Assembly: GCA_036785375.1 (NCBI GenBank)
Contig: JAWMAR010000036.1
Location: 620,001-684,000 of the forward strand
Direction: 5' to 3'
DNA: 64,000 nucleotides
Source: Leucoraja ocellata
Lineage: Eukaryota
Shown here: piece after piece, positions 25,404 to 39,558 of the stretch
Position numbering within the stretch: position 1 is the stretch's first letter
Layout of the letters: each line of letters begins with the position of its first letter
Made by a program: the position numbers and the translations under genes
The notes under the pieces: model-generated
Database searches by the model: none
What the model was told of the DNA's origin: nothing
The model's input: only the letters and a program-made list of their open reading frames with translations

Positions 25404-27853
25404 TGCACTTGTAAGAATGATCTGAAGCCCTTGAATTTTCCTGTTTTCTTCATGACCTGAAATAAATAATTCTTCTTGATGGACCAAGTGTATTGGGCCA
25501 ACAAAGGCTGAATGTCTGGGAGAGAGCAGGGAATGGTAATTTGTCCTTCCATTCTTAAAGGTTTTCCCATGCAAATAAAAGCTGCGAATTTTAGAAATTT
25601 GACACTAGGTTCAAAGTATTTATTCTGCCTCTCAAATTATGCGGTTTGATCATAATGTCTGTGGCGTTTTTCGGTAAAATGTTATGAGCAACTTCAAATT
25701 AAATGTTAACATTACAGAGATTTCAGATGCTCTGGTTTAAATCCTAGTTCCCATTAATCTAGATTATACCTAAAGATAATATAAGGAGCAGATTCCTTTT
25801 ACTTCTGGAAACTTAACTGCAACATTCCCTTGCATCGTCAGCTCTTAAAGGTTGGCTGTGTCAGTCATTATTTTCTTTAGTAGTACTACTAATGAACAGA
25901 GTAGTACTGCTACTTATGCATAACCACACAATACTCTGCCAGGCATGGTTATGCATCTCAGTTTCTTGCTCTGGAGTGCAGAATCCTTCTATACATACAC
26001 CAATGCAGACCTGGTCAGCATCAGGTGTCAGCTTAGCTTTCAAGTCATTGTAAACACAAACTAACTGCAATTTGGCTTGAACCTGATTTATTGAAATTCT
26101 GCTGGATCGGGAGAGAGAAAAATGTAAATGTTGGGGTATTTGCATCTGCTTTTCATTTTCATAATTTCCTGAGTTTTATTTGTGCACTCGGTTAAGATAT
26201 TTGGTTCAGCGAAAATTTTCAGTTGAGGCTGGATTTTCAAAGTGAACGCCAACCCAGAAAACAAATGGCTTAAAATTCTTCTTAAGTTTTATTTTCTGAA
26301 CTAGTCTGGTGAAAGATACTTTGTTTGGCAGAACAATTAATCTGGAAAACCCTTGTTAACTTTTAATGTCAGCTGTTAACTGAATTCCTGCTTTTGTTTC
26401 AAATATTAAGGAAACTTGACGTCTGTATTTTAATTAATATTTTTTTAATCTTCTCCACTTCCATTACTGCATTCTTTCTCCATCCTACCCCTCCACCATG
26501 CCCAAATTTTTAATTCGACCAAAATTTAACTTCCAATCTGAAGAAGGGTCTTGATCCGAAACATCACCTATTCCTTCTCTCCAGAGATGCTGCCTGTCCA
26601 GCTTTTTGTGTCTATCTTTGGTTTAAACCAGCATCTGCAGTTCATTCCTGCACTATTTGTAAGCTGCCCTTCAGTGCTACGGAACATACGGTGTTCTTCA
26701 GTCTTCAGTTCCACTTTCCTGTAATAATTCACCTTCTTCCAAAGACTTTATCAGAATCCTTTCTTTAAACGTCCCACTTCTCTTTTAAGAGATCACAAAA
26801 GGTCTTATGGTAATTTATTTGAATAAGAACAGGGCATTCTCTTTGAATAATCAATTGGATAGTTGTGAACAATTAATTGTTCTATACAATATACAGAAAT
26901 TCTGCAAGATTGTTAGGAATGTTTGAAATTACTTTTTGTTTGCACTGGCAGGAAGTTCCTGCCACTGCTATTCAGTTGCTGCAGCCTGGGTGGAACAACT
27001 TAGTCTTTTATCAATCACATGACATGAGACCAATGACATGAGAAGGAATTTTTCTCACCCAGGGTGCCGTGAATCTTTGGAATTCTCTGCACTAGATAAT
27101 GTGGGGCTTTATTCACTGAGTATATTTAAGATTAATTATTTAAATTAAATGAATCAAGAGATTAGTGCTGGAAAGAGTACTTGGGTATAAGATTGGCAGA
27201 ATTTTTATTTAATGGCGGGGCATGGTCAATGGCCGAATGTCCTGTTTTTATGTGGAGAATGAAGAATGAGCGGAAACATTGTATGTCCAATTCACTCTGA
27301 AGAAGAGTCTCGACCCGAAACGTCACCCAATCCTTATCTCCAGAGATGCTGCCTGTCCCGCTGAGACACTCCAGCATTTTGTGTATCCCTCCACAGATGC
27401 TGCCTGGCCTGCTGGGGTCCTCCAGTAGTTTGTTCTTTGCGTAAGTGGACATAAAATAGAATGGCTGGATGGAATCAACAATTTAACATGGCACTGCATC
27501 AAATTTCTTCTTCAGTTTACAGTTGGACGTTTGTAGAATAACGTAAAAATAGCCCCAAGACAATTTGGTTGGAGAAAATACAAGTAATTCACGTGCAAAC
27601 GAGTTCTGAAATCTGGAGATGGGTATAAAGGGAAAGGAGACATCCCTAAGTAAGAACACGGGCTTTAAACACAATTGCGAATCGGTTATTTTTTAAATTC
27701 TGAAGCACTGAGAAAACTATACGAAGTAAAGATTTCAAAGATGATTAGTGAAAGGCAACATATGCCAATTAGTCAAAGGTTCAATCATCATTTAGTTTTG
27801 CGGTATCTCAAGGATTATTTGTATTTTGAAATCAATGGGGAGGTACATGATAA

Positions 27854-27941
27854 GAGTAATGCGTTTGCTCGCTGAATGTCATCAAAAGTAAGTCAATAAT
27901 GCCTTACTTTTGATGAAATTCAGCGAGCAAACGCATTACTC
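27854..27941. repeat. 88-nt near-perfect hairpin
   Basis: Arms 27854-27892 and 27903-27941 (39 bp, 1 mismatch) around a 10-nt loop. Confidence 0.9.
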
Positions 27942-29759
27942 CCGATATTTTGGACCTTTAAATCTCCACGGCAAATGTCCGCTGTTCACTTCCGCTGTTC
28001 ACTTCCGCTGGATTGGCACCTTCAGCTCCCTCTTTAATTTACCTTAGTTTCTATCTTTTTTTTTTAACTGTAAATCTAGGTAGCTGTGCCTCACGGTCAC
28101 CCCGACTGGCACAATAAATTGCAGATCAAAACCTGGCCGTTTTCTATGTTTTTAATGGGTGGGAAAGTGCGTGTTTTCCCATCCACTAACATGTACCGGA
28201 TGTCTAGCATGTCCTCCACTTGAGATTTTCGGTCACGTGGGTGCGGATCTACGCTCCAGTGACCTTTCATGAAATCGCCCTATATTCATATGACATAATG
28301 TCAAATGCATATTTTAAATGTTTGGACTATTAAAATGTAAAATTAGTGAAATTAATTAGTGAAATTCAATGATACAGTCTTCAGTTTATTATGTCCAAAT
28401 TATCTGACTTTCTAATCATCTAACTTAAAAAAAAAATCCTCCTTCTTACAAGAACTACTCAGTCCTCCTGGAGGCACTCTTCGACAATCCAGATGAAATC
28501 TGGGGTGATCTTTTGAAACAGGCATTCCACACAAGAGTGTGAATTACGGGAGAAATAACATATTTCATTTAGAAAAGGTCCACACGGATCCTAGTGAGTT
28601 TCAAAACTATTGATGGTATTAGTTCTGGTTATCACAGTAAGGTGTTCTGTCCATCACGTTTGAGCTTCTGAAGAAATGTCTTCGCTCCTCATCCGCTACA
28701 CAACGCATTAAGTCGGCGATAACAAAGACAACGAGACGAGGACAATAAGGCGAGTAACTCTCATTGTACAATGGAATTTCGTGTTCCGTTGTGTTATTTT
28801 CTCTTGGAATGTCAACATTCAGCCAAGCGCTATCGGTCTTGCACGTGACCAGTGGTAAATATTTATAATTACAGCTTTAAAAAAAAGATCGACATATGGG
28901 CATGGAATTGACAATCGTTTATTCTTATTTATTAAATTACGCGTAGAAGCATCGGTTGTCAATTTAGTTTTCAAAAACCTGCGCCGTCTAATAAACCAAT
29001 TAAGAAACTGCATTCAGGGGAACAAAACATAACAAAAACAGGGAAATCACTCATCAATAACGGTGTTTGTGTCATACTACCAATTTCCGATTATTGGAAA
29101 TTGCACCCAGAAACCAGAATGGGTAGAGGGAACCGTGGTGTAAAAAATGGAAACTAATCCTAATGAAAGAAGGAAGAGTTTCAAAACATCGCACAGACTA
29201 ATGGAAAATATATGTATTTACTAGCAAAAGATAGATAGAAAATAATGCTGGAGTAACTCAGCGCGACAGTCTATCTTCGGTGTCAACCAGCTTTTACTCG
29301 CAATAGTCTATTCAGCTTCTCCATGAAAATCCAAATTCCGAATAGGTGAAAAGGTTTTAGTGAAACCTGCTCTTTTTTGTTTGATCACAGTACAGTTTTC
29401 TTTGCACTTGAGCAAATTATTTTCCCATGTAGTCTTCAACCATCAGTGTCTTAAATATTTGCTGATTTTTCGCCTTTTTAACAACAACAGCAACCACGTC
29501 GCTTGTACATTCATTTGAACGAACTGTATGAACAGAGGGGAAGCAGAAATTGTGCGATAATCTTTTGGTTCAGATCTTTGGTTCAAAATTGTCAACGTAA
29601 TTTAGGTGATGCAGATTACTGCAGAAGTGAAACACACTCTCAATGTACATGTCTAGGTTTTTCAAAGTCACACGGAGCAGTTCAAAACGGGAGGAGTGGA
29701 ATCAAAAAGTTCGCCTTGTCGTTCTGCCAGATCTGCTTTCACTGCTTGAGCAGTGAAGC

Positions 29760-30540
29760 GCTGTGATTCCCACGTTCCTGCTGTCTCTCGTCACCTCCTC
29801 TGCTTCCATCGCGTTGCAAAACACAAGGTATTCCTGGCATGGCTCAGCTTCACCTTTGCCCCCGCGAGCCCGAGCCCGAGCCCGGGGTGGGCGTTGGCCT
29901 GACGACGGTCGCTCGCTGCTCCAATGGACGTTGACAGAAGGCCGGGCGGTTGGGCGCGCGCGCACGGGAGCGCGGGAGCGAGCTGGCGGGTGGACGGGGC
30001 GCACGCGTCCACGAGCGAGTAGCCAGTCGGTTCCTTGCAGGCGGCCGCCGTCCTTGGAGGCTCCGGGACTCCGCGGGGTGGCAGCGACCCACCGGCTGCC
30101 CAGGTCAGTTCGCCAACCAACCAACCAGCCAGCCAGCCCGGGCAGGGCTCAGGTGCTCGGTGGTTCGAGCCTGAAGCCCGCAAGACGTCCGTCCTCCATC
30201 AACAGGTTGGCGAGGCTCCGTAGTTGAGATCCGTGGTTCGGCGGCGGCTTAGTTTGCCAGTTTGTGCCGGCGCTCGGGCCTAGTCCGTGAGTGCGAGCGG
30301 CCGGAGTGGGGAGGGAGTGTTGTACAAAGCCGGGTGTAAAGCGCCGGACACATCGTTTCCGGCACCTTATTCTGAAAAATACCAGGAAACGATTTGGAAA
30401 GAGGCGGCGTCCTCCTTGTGCTAATCCCGGGAAAAGGTGTCGGGCGCTGGAACTTTGGGCGTGTTGTGTTTCTATCTCTTTATCATCGACGAGTCATGTT
30501 TATTACTTTCCTGCGCTTTCCTCCTGATAAGGACGGATAG
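29760..30540 (+). promoter_or_regulatory. CpG island / promoter and probable non-coding first exon (likely PALS1/MPP5 by synteny with GPHN)
   Basis: Unique, very CpG-rich sequence with GC-box-like motifs and a candidate donor TCC|GTGAGT at 30287. Gene identity rests only on the known GPHN-PALS1 linkage in vertebrates. Confidence 0.7.
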
Positions 30541-32369
30541 ATCTATCTACCCACTTGCGCTCTGTGCAAATTAGTTGCGGGGGTTTGTTGAGTTCATCCA
30601 ACTTTTAAGAAACTTGCCAGAGGTTGAATTGGGGGCATTTTGGGGGCGAGGAAAGCACACATTTATTTCAAAAGACCAGCTCGATCTTCAGCCCTATTGT
30701 TGCTTTGTGTGTCGACGCACAATCAGATGTCTGAATACACTGGATCATTGAGCGGAGATTCTGCCGTTTTGTCTTTGGTAGTCACAATGTGGTTGAAATT
30801 TTGCTTCTGAATATTGTGATGATTAGGGCTCGCATTATAATCAGCAATAAAATTATAATTCTGACGATGAATGGAAAATAAAAACTCCCCGAATTCTGTC
30901 AATGTGCTCTGATTTTAGAAAAATGTATATAAAGGACGAGGATGGGTGGTGGGGGGAGGAGGAAGAATTCAAAGATGAAACGTTTTGTCTCTGGAGTGCC
31001 TGTGGTATGGTAGGGAAAGGGTTAAGACTACAGCCAAGCAGCCTGGACTAAAGTTGTGGTTTAAGATGTAGAGATTAAAATGAGACGCGTGAAAATAAAG
31101 CCTGTGACAGTTGTACGGTTTGAAACATCGCAAAGGATAAAATTGGCCACAGAAATTGCAGAGGATATTTGGAAGAAGAAAATCGAGGCAGAGTAAATTT
31201 AACAACGGGGCAGCAACTATTGAGTCGTTGTTTATATATGCAGAAATGGTGGATGGTGATTTTCAAATAAGGGGAAAAATCATCTTGAGAATGCAACTGG
31301 CATGACTGAAGTGCTAATTGCACGTGGCTTCAGAGGAGAAGGGAGTTATGCCAGTAATATAGGACGTAGTGGGTATATTGGAAAGGATAAAATAAAGGAG
31401 AATTTGCTGGAAAAGCTGGCAACCCTCTAATTGGGGAAAGTCATCTGGCTCAGGATATAAATGAACAAAATGAGAATGGCAGATGCAGAGATTATGGCAC
31501 ATTCATCCAATCCTTCTTGGAAATGGAGGAGTGGTAGGCTTCATATTGATATAAAAGTGGAGGGGAATAAATGGGGCAAACTACAGGACAACAATGGGTT
31601 GATATGCTGAACTGTTCCATAGCTTGGCTTTGCCCATACTCTTTACAAGCAGATCAGCTTTCCTCTTCCATTTTTAAGTGTTGCGAAGCACTGTCATATT
31701 CCCCAGAAGTCTCCATTATGACCATTTTTGTTGCACTCAAGCCCAAGTCTTCAGAGTATACATCATGTGAGTGGAAAGATTGTAAATGGCACACAACTTT
31801 AAAAAAAACAATGAAACATATTAAATAGGTGCAGGAGTGGAAGCCAGCACCACCATTAAATATGATCATGGCTGATTATCAAAAATCAGTACCCTGTTCT
31901 TGCTTTCTCCCCATATCCCTTGATTCCATTAGCCCTAACAGCTATATCTAACTCTCAATGAGATGAGTACATCATGCTTAAGCCTCCTGACTGATAAAAA
32001 CGGACAAATGATAGCAGGTGGACATTAATGTACAGAAATGTAAATTAACACATTTTGTGGGGTGTTTTAGGGGAGTGGAAGGCACCAATATATATACTAA
32101 TCTGTACAAATTTAAGGTGGTGCGGAACAGTTGTCCCTTCACAAATAATTGAAAGTGATGACTATTGAAAAGGGTTTTTAGAAATAGGATATGGGATCAT
32201 TAACTTTCTTAAAGGAGAGAGAATTAAGGTGTGAAAAAGGACATTTTGTGAAATGTTTCTAAAGTACACTTTGGGTTGAAGGAGAAACATTGCGTTCAAT
32301 TCTTGATGGGTGCTGTCTGTGCAGAGTTTTCACATTTTCTTCATGACCGCATGTACTCGGAAATGTACC

Positions 32370-33865
32370 TGCGTTTAGCCCATATCCCTCTAAACCTTTT
32401 TTATCCATGTACCTGTCCAGATGTTTTTTTTAAATGTTGTTATTATACCTGCCTCAACTACCACCTCTGGCAGGTAATTACAAATACACATCACCCCCTG
32501 TGTGGAAAATATTGCTCCTCGGGTTCTTGTTAAATCTTTCCCCTCTTGTCCTAAACCTGTCCTGCATTTCCTGAATCATCTATCTTGGGAAGGAGACAAT
32601 TTCAATCATAATTTTACACCTCTACAAGATCATCTCAACCTTCTGCGCTCAAAGGAACAACATTCTAGTCTGTTCAACCTCTCCCTATAGCTCAGGCCTT
32701 CAAGTTGTGGTGACATTCTTGGAAACCTTCTATGCACTCTTTCCAAACTTAATGGGATCTATCCCGTAAAATGGTGACCAAAACTAAACACACTTTGAAT
32801 GTAAGGGTAAAGTATATAATCAACAGCAAGATGTTTAACAGCATAGATGTACAAAGATACCTTGGGGTCCAAGTTCATAGCTCCCTGAAGTAGATAGAGT
32901 GGTAAAGGACACGTGTAGTTCTGGTTGCCCCATTACAGGAAGGATGTGGAATTTTGGAGAGGTTGAAGAAGTTTGCCAGAGTGATGCTTGGATTGGAGGG
33001 TGACAGCTACAGAGAGAGGTTGTCAGACTTGGATTGTTTTCACCAGTGTCAGAGGCTGAGGGAAGACCAGATAGAAGTGTATGAAATTACAAGAGGTATT
33101 GATAGCATAAACAGTCAGAAGCTTTTTTCCCCAGGGTGAAAATATCAGAGACTAGAGAGCACAGCTCTAAGGTGAGATCGGCAAAATTTAAATATGTGTG
33201 GGGCATGACTTGTACACATATGGTAGGTGACTGAAATGCGCTGCCAAGGAGGTGGTGCAAGCAGAAACAATAATGGCATTTAAGAGGCTTCTAGTTAGGC
33301 CTTGGATATCCAGGGAATGGAGGGAATGTATGAATCACGAGCAGGCAGAGGAGATTAGGTTACCTTGGCATTATGTTCGGTGCGGACATTGTGAGTCGAA
33401 GGGCATGTTCTTGTCCTGTACTGTTCTATGTTCTAATACTTCTAACGGCTTCACCAGCATCTTGTTTCACTGTAACATGGTGTCTTGACTTCTGTACTCA
33501 ATTCCTTGATTAATGAAGTCCAATGTGCTAAATGCCTTCTTCGTCATCCTATCTTTAGTGACACTATTTTCAGGGAATGATGTTCTTGTACTCCTAGACC
33601 TCTTTGCTTGACAATACCTCCCATGACTCTACCATACAACGTTTGGTTTGACTTTCCAAAATGCAATACCTCACACTTAACTGATTTAAACTATTAGCCA
33701 TTCCGCGATCCACTCGCCTAGCTGATCATGATCAAACTGTACTAGTTGATAAGCATCTTCACTGTCTGATACCACATACTTTGAAAAATTATTAATTAGG
33801 CCATACATTATCATCCAAAATGTTAATATAGATGTCAGATATGGGCCCAGCACTGATCCCTGATC
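32370..33865. mobile_element. Cluster of CR1 3' fragments in alternating orientation
   Basis: Minus-strand CR1 at 32370-32790 and 33440-33865 flank a plus-strand CR1 3' end at 32800-33435 (LERL...MLGLEG.SYRERL). Confidence 0.75.
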
Positions 33866-34113
33866 TATTGAGGTTTATTCTTCTGAGAAATAAAATGACA
33901 TGATATTATTCACTGGCTGAGAACTGTTGAAAGAAATTTACCATCATAGTGTTGTCAAATACCTATGTGCTTGAGTTCACAAGAATTAACGAGGATGACA
34001 TCAGAAGATACTCCTATAGCATAGACACAGAATGTTAGCGTAAAGTGAATTTTCCTTGATACATTTGTAATGCTGGTGATGTGAAAGCCTGAAACTAATT
34101 GACTCATTTGGTG

Positions 34114-34309
34114 TAAGAAGGAACTGCAGATGCTGGTTTAAACCGAAGATAGACACAAAAAGCTGGAGTAGCTCACAGGCAGCATCTCTGGAGAGAAGGA
34201 ATGGGTGATGTTTCGGGTCGAGACCCTTCTTCAGTCTGAACGCCACCCATTCCTTCTCTCCAGAGATGCTGCCTATCCTGCTGAGTTACTCCAGCGTTTT
34301 GTGTCTATC
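34114..34309. mobile_element. Fold-back Penelope-derived mini-element with hammerhead motif
   Basis: Inverted pLTR halves; perfect 14-bp TSD TGACTCATTTGGTG (34100-34113, 34310-34323); minus-strand hammerhead core at ~34207-34235. Confidence 0.85.
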
Positions 34310-34700
34310 TGACTCATTTGGTGCCTGGATGTGTCTGGATGACAAGTAGCTTTTGTAATGGAGGAATTTAAATCTGAATATCACTGGGGGCATTACAGAG
34401 TAAATTTAATCTCTTGAGGTAATACTGTTTACAAATTGGAAGGAATTTCACTAAACTTCGGTTTTGCTCTAATGTCCAAGTTTCATAACCTTGTTCTTTC
34501 GTTAAACTGAACAGGACTGTTTGGATTTATAATGTATCTTTCACAGTCTAAAGACACCCCAAGTACCATGTAATGAGTAAAATTGTTTTTCCATTAGTTA
34601 TTGTTCCAATGCCAGAGCCTTGGTTTATTAACAAAGCATGCAAAATATAGAATTTTAGTGTGTGACACACACACACTCATGTACTGAAGTATCACCTTTA

Positions 34701-35255
34701 AGGGCCTGTCCCACTTAGGCTACTTTTTAGGCGAGTGCAGGAGACTCTATACCTTCGTTATAGGTAGTCGAGGTAGCCGTAGGTAGTTTTAGTTAACCTC
34801 CTTTGCTGACTGGGCGTTTTCATTGGCTCATTGGGGGGGGGGGGGGAAGTAAGCACGAGTTTTCAGAACCAAGGAAAACCGACCGGTAATGTTAAATTCC
34901 CGCTAAACTTCACGGCTGTGTATCTCTGGCTTATTAAAAGTTGTCCGGCTTCTTAAAAGTGTCTGCCCCCCCCCCCCCCCCCGCTCTCTTTTAAAGGACT
35001 TACCGTACACTGTGCTATCTTTAACCTTCCTGTTCATTACGGCGTGTGTCTGTATCACATTGGCTTTGCACCATGTGAATTTCAGACAGCGCTTCCCCGC
35101 TTTCCTTGGCCCCCGCCTTTGTGATGTGTGTGTGTGTGTGTGTGTGTGTTGCGCTCTGATGGTCGCCGTTCCAGTTCGCGGTTTTCCAGGCGAGTGCCGC
35201 GAGCTTGAAGGTCGCTGGCAGTCCGCTGAAAAGTCGCCTAAGTGGGACAGACCCT
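34701..35255. mobile_element. PIF/Harbinger-type MITE
   Basis: TIRs AGGGCCTGTCCCACTTAGGC and GCCTAAGTGGGACAGACCCT; TTA TSD on both sides (34698-34700, 35256-35258). Confidence 0.88.
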
Positions 35256-35364
35256 TTAGTTACCTACTGAAGTCTCTGGGGTAATGGTTGAGTCCACTAA
35301 TCTTGAACTTGTTCGAAAGTGCTATTGAGACTGTCGATCTCAAGTTTGACTGTCGATTCGCCAC

Positions 35365-36174
35365 AAGGTGCGCCGCATTGAAGGCAGCCTCTGCCTACAG
35401 CCTGTTTGTTTTTCAATCTTTTTAAAAAATTTTAGTCAGTTTTAAAGTTTGTTTTGGGGATTCTTTAGCTTTTTTATGTGGGGGAGGGGGTCATGGTAAG
35501 GGGGGGAATCTGTTTCCCAGTCACTTCCTGGCGAGGACCCGTCCTCTTCCCCCTCTTCGCGGCCTACCAACTGGATTGGAGCGGCCTTTCCTGCCGGGGA
35601 CCCGGACCAGAGCTCCAGCAGCCACGGTGCAGCACTGGATTCACCGCGGAGCAGGCGGATGCCTACCTGGGATCGCCGTTGAAGCTCTGTACTGGTGGGC
35701 CACTGCTCCAACATCACAGAGCTGTGTTTGAAGAGCTTCCAAAGCGGCCGGTGCTGAACAACATCGCGGAGTCCTGGGGCCCTTTGCCGAGGGCCGCCAG
35801 CGTTGAATCTCCGCCCAGCGGCCTGTGGTCTTCGGGAGCCGCGGACTCCGGTAGGAGGTGCCCGACCCGGATGTCCAAGCCGCTGAGGATGTCCTCCAGT
35901 CCCGACGTCGGACTTCCATCACCCCGGCGAGCGGGCCTGAAGATCATGCCGCCTGTAGCGGCGACAGCGGGAGGTTCGGGAGCCCCCCGGCCACGTGAGG
36001 ATGGATGAACTTTGGAGCCTTCCCTCACAGTGGGAAACTTTGATCCCGCTGTGTGGGGATGTTTGTGTTAAGACTCTTTATTGTCTCTTCATTACTTGTA
36101 TGGCTGTATGGTGACCACACATTTCACTGTACCAATTGGTACATGTGACAAATAAATTTATCTTGTATCTTGTA
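35365..36174 (+). mobile_element. GC-rich non-autonomous retroposon with Rex1/Babar-like 3' tail
   Basis: Ends in atttcac-TGTACCAATTGGTACA-tgtgacaaataaa-(tatcttg)n; non-coding GC-rich body. Confidence 0.65.
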
Positions 36175-37239
36175 CATTTAAATGAAACTTCTAGCTTCAG
36201 AACGTGTGGATCTGGAGCTTTGGCAGAGAATGGTAATTTAATTGATTGACATGCTAAATTTTAAATGGGCTTGGGGTGTATCACTTTTGAGTGAACTATT
36301 GAATTTACTTCATTACCTTGCAGTGAAATACATACAGCTGTTTGTTATATTGTGGAATTGGTATCCTACTCACTGATGTTATGGGTTGATATTGAGGTAA
36401 TCAATTTGTTTGATTCATTGTTGCTGATTTGGTTTTAAATTGTATTGTTTGCTGTAAGATTAATTTGCAACATTTTGTAGATATATAGAATTTTTTTAAC
36501 TTTCCCCATTTAATAAAAAGTAATTAGCTAATTGCCATAAGTGTGCAGATTTGTTGCGTGCTGCATAGATTTTTGCTGCATTCATTCATTTTAGATTTTC
36601 TATAGTACAACATACATTCATTATTTTGGAGAAATTCTGTTGATGTATATTAGCATAACAGTTTAAGTGCATTTGTGGTATTTGATTTGCCTTTAAACAA
36701 AATCAAATAGTTATTATTTGCTATTACAGTTGTTTGTACCATTGACTGATAAATGTTGACTTAAAATTGCAGTTATATATAGCTTAATTATAGCAAAATA
36801 AACCAATATTGGTTCAAATAATGCTTTGTGCACTATAGTTGCTCTTTGCAATTAAAATGTCTTGGTAGGGAAGGAGGTTTCCATAGTTTACATTCCATAA
36901 TGACAGCATTTCTATTACAGAAACTCCTTTTCTTTGTTGGCATTCCGATGTCAGGTTTGGTTAACGTGAATGTGGTCTTTCCAAGTTTACAAACATTCAG
37001 CCAAAAACATTTTCTCGTTTTAAACTGTTGTCTGTCTTTCAGCTCTGTTTATCTGGCCAATTTTCGGTGCATTGCTTATTCATTGTTGCTCACTGTAGTA
37101 CCATGTTGAAAGAAAATAATTGGCACAAAGTGAGAAATAAGTTTGTTTTTTGTTCCATTGTTTAAGATGAATTATTTGCCCCTTCTTTAAACTTAACCAC
37201 ACATAGCGCTTTAACATTCAGTGTATTAAATCAAAATTA

Positions 37240-37935
37240 AAAGACACAGAGTGCTGTAGCAACTCAGCGGGTTACATAGCAACTCTGGAGAACATGGATC
37301 ATTGAAATTTTGGGTCGGGACCCTTCATCAGACTGATTTGGGGAGCAGGGAAGAAAGAAAGCTGGAAGAGAGGAGAGGCAAGGTAAAGCGTGGCAGGTAA
37401 TATGTGGACACAGGTGAGATTGATAGGTAGATTATGGGAATAAAGGCAGAAGATTAGAACAGATTGAAGAGTTATAAATTATGATGCCAGAGGAAGGAAT
37501 GTAGGAGGAGGGGGAGTTTGCATGTGGCCTCACTCTGCAATGGACAGAGGGGTTAGTATGGGAGCAGGAAGGGGAGTTAAAATAGTTAGCAGCTGGGGAA
37601 ACCCAGTGTACCTTTATGGAGCGAGTGCAAATGTTCTGCGAAAAGGTTGCCAAGCTTACGCGTGGTCTCATTGATGTTCAAGAGACCACATTGAGAACAC
37701 CGGATGCGGTAGAGGAGGTTGGAGGAGGTGCATGTGTACCCCTGTCTTACCTGGAAGGATTGCTGGGGTCCCTGGGAGGAGGGAAGGGTTTTTCTTGAAA
37801 TTGGCTTTCTCAGCTGTATTTATTGCTGCAACTGTTCTGCGTCTGAAGAAGGGTCTCAACCCGAAACGTCGACAATTTATTTACTCCAGAAATGCTGCCT
37901 GACCCACTAAGTTATTCCATCATTTTGTGTCAATC
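37240..37935 (-). mobile_element. Degenerate Penelope 3' end with inverted pLTR
   Basis: pLTR motifs at both ends in inverted orientation, with a GIY-YIG remnant between (ANYFNSPSCSH). Confidence 0.75.
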
Positions 37936-39263
37936 TCCAGCATACGGCATACAGCTAGATTTGTCCTTGCCTCTACCATTGAACCTACAACGGAGTATAG
38001 ATAAAAAATAGAAAATACACAAGTTATTAGTACATGATGGTTTTACTGGTCCACTTTACGTAACTTGTCAGAGCTGCTATTCAATTAAAACCATCTCCAT
38101 TTATATTGTGAGTTGCGGCACAAAAATACTTGTGCTTGCGCAATCTCCACATGTTTATTGCTTGAGTTTTACTTTCATGTTCCAAGAGAGCAGAACCAAC
38201 TTTTTTGGGCAGCTCTGGCAAAAATAACACTTGCATTATATGAATGGCTGCCAGTGACAATATTGTAAAGGAATGGAGTGCACTATAATGTTAATACAGC
38301 CAATGTTCATGCAGAATATTCTGCTGATTTTATGTGAACTGTTTTGGGAATGTTCAGGGCAAAATTGCATTATTAAAACTCTGGTGATGCAAATTTGTAT
38401 TGACACTTCTGTAAAGGACTTGAAATTTGAGGGGAAAGAACACAAATGTCCTCTGCAGTACTTTTATTGACAGCCTTTATGGTTGGCTTGAATTTGGCCC
38501 TGTAACTGTTATGGCACTGAATCACAAACCGAAATTCCATTATAATACATTGTGAACATTATTTGTAGAAAGCAGAAGGAAAATAAGGTTTATCCTCTTG
38601 TAAATTATCATATCATGGTTCATATTCTCCAGTGAAAAGGATTTATTCTCATTTCATTCTGATACAGTCCACGTGCAACTCTAATCTGAAAGTACTGGAT
38701 TCTTGAAGCCTCTCAAGTCGTCTTTCAAGCAGACATACCACTTTCTTCTCAATATTTTCCGGTTTAAGCAGTGCACTTGACAGTGCCTACATAACCCTTA
38801 GCCCAATATACAAAAATATATTTAAAAATAAGTTGTCCAATCGCTTTTCATATGAGAAACTCAGACCCGATCTGCTGCCTCTGGTACAAATTAATGTTTA
38901 TGCATTATACTCGTTCTGAACCTTTTTATACCACTAGTTTACCCCCCACCCCCCTTGACTCTCAGTCTGAAGAAAGGTCTTGAATGGAAATGGCATTTAT
39001 GTATGTTCTCCGGAGATGCTGCCTGACCCTGCTAGGTTACAACAGCAATTTGTGTCCTTTTGTGAAATGTATTGTTACTTAAATGGAAACTGCAAGTAAT
39101 ATCTCAAGGTTACTCCTGAGGGGTAATCATGTGCTCACTTATGACCTTAAATGCTCCTTGATCAGGAATGGGGAGAAAAACAAGTTCATGTTTCAAGTCA
39201 ATAACCTATACCATAAGTTGTCTTGAGTGTTGAGCACTGCTGAGTATTTCCAGTGTACTCCAA

Positions 39264-39558
39264 GGCGGCACGATGATGCAGCGGTAGAGTTGCTGCCTTA
39301 CAGCGCTAGAGACCCGGGTTCGATCCTGACTATGGTTGCTGTCTGTACGGAGTTTATACGTTCTGCCCAACCCCTGTGTGGGTTTTCTCCTGGATTTCCG
39401 GTTTCCTCACACACTCCAAAGACGTGCAGGTTTGTAGATCTTAATTTGATCTGCTTGGTATAATTGTAAATTGTCCCTAGTGTGCGGGAAACGTTGGTCG
39501 ACGCGGGCTCGGTGAGCCGGAGGGCCTTTTTCTGTGCTTTATCTCTAAACTAAACAAA
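39264..39558 (+). mobile_element. V-SINE (HE1-like)
   Basis: A and B boxes (gcagcggtagag, gggttcgatcc), V-domain and (ctaaa)n tail. Confidence 0.88.

Noticed and set aside
4600-29700. An intervening protein-coding gene between GPHN and the CpG island
   Set aside because: Every recognisable ORF is transposon-derived and no exon chain was found by eye; small exons could have been missed.
29702-30527. Overlapping 60-154 aa ORFs in the CpG island
   Set aside because: Arg/Ala/Pro-rich ORFs on both strands are expected from high GC content; no homology recognised.
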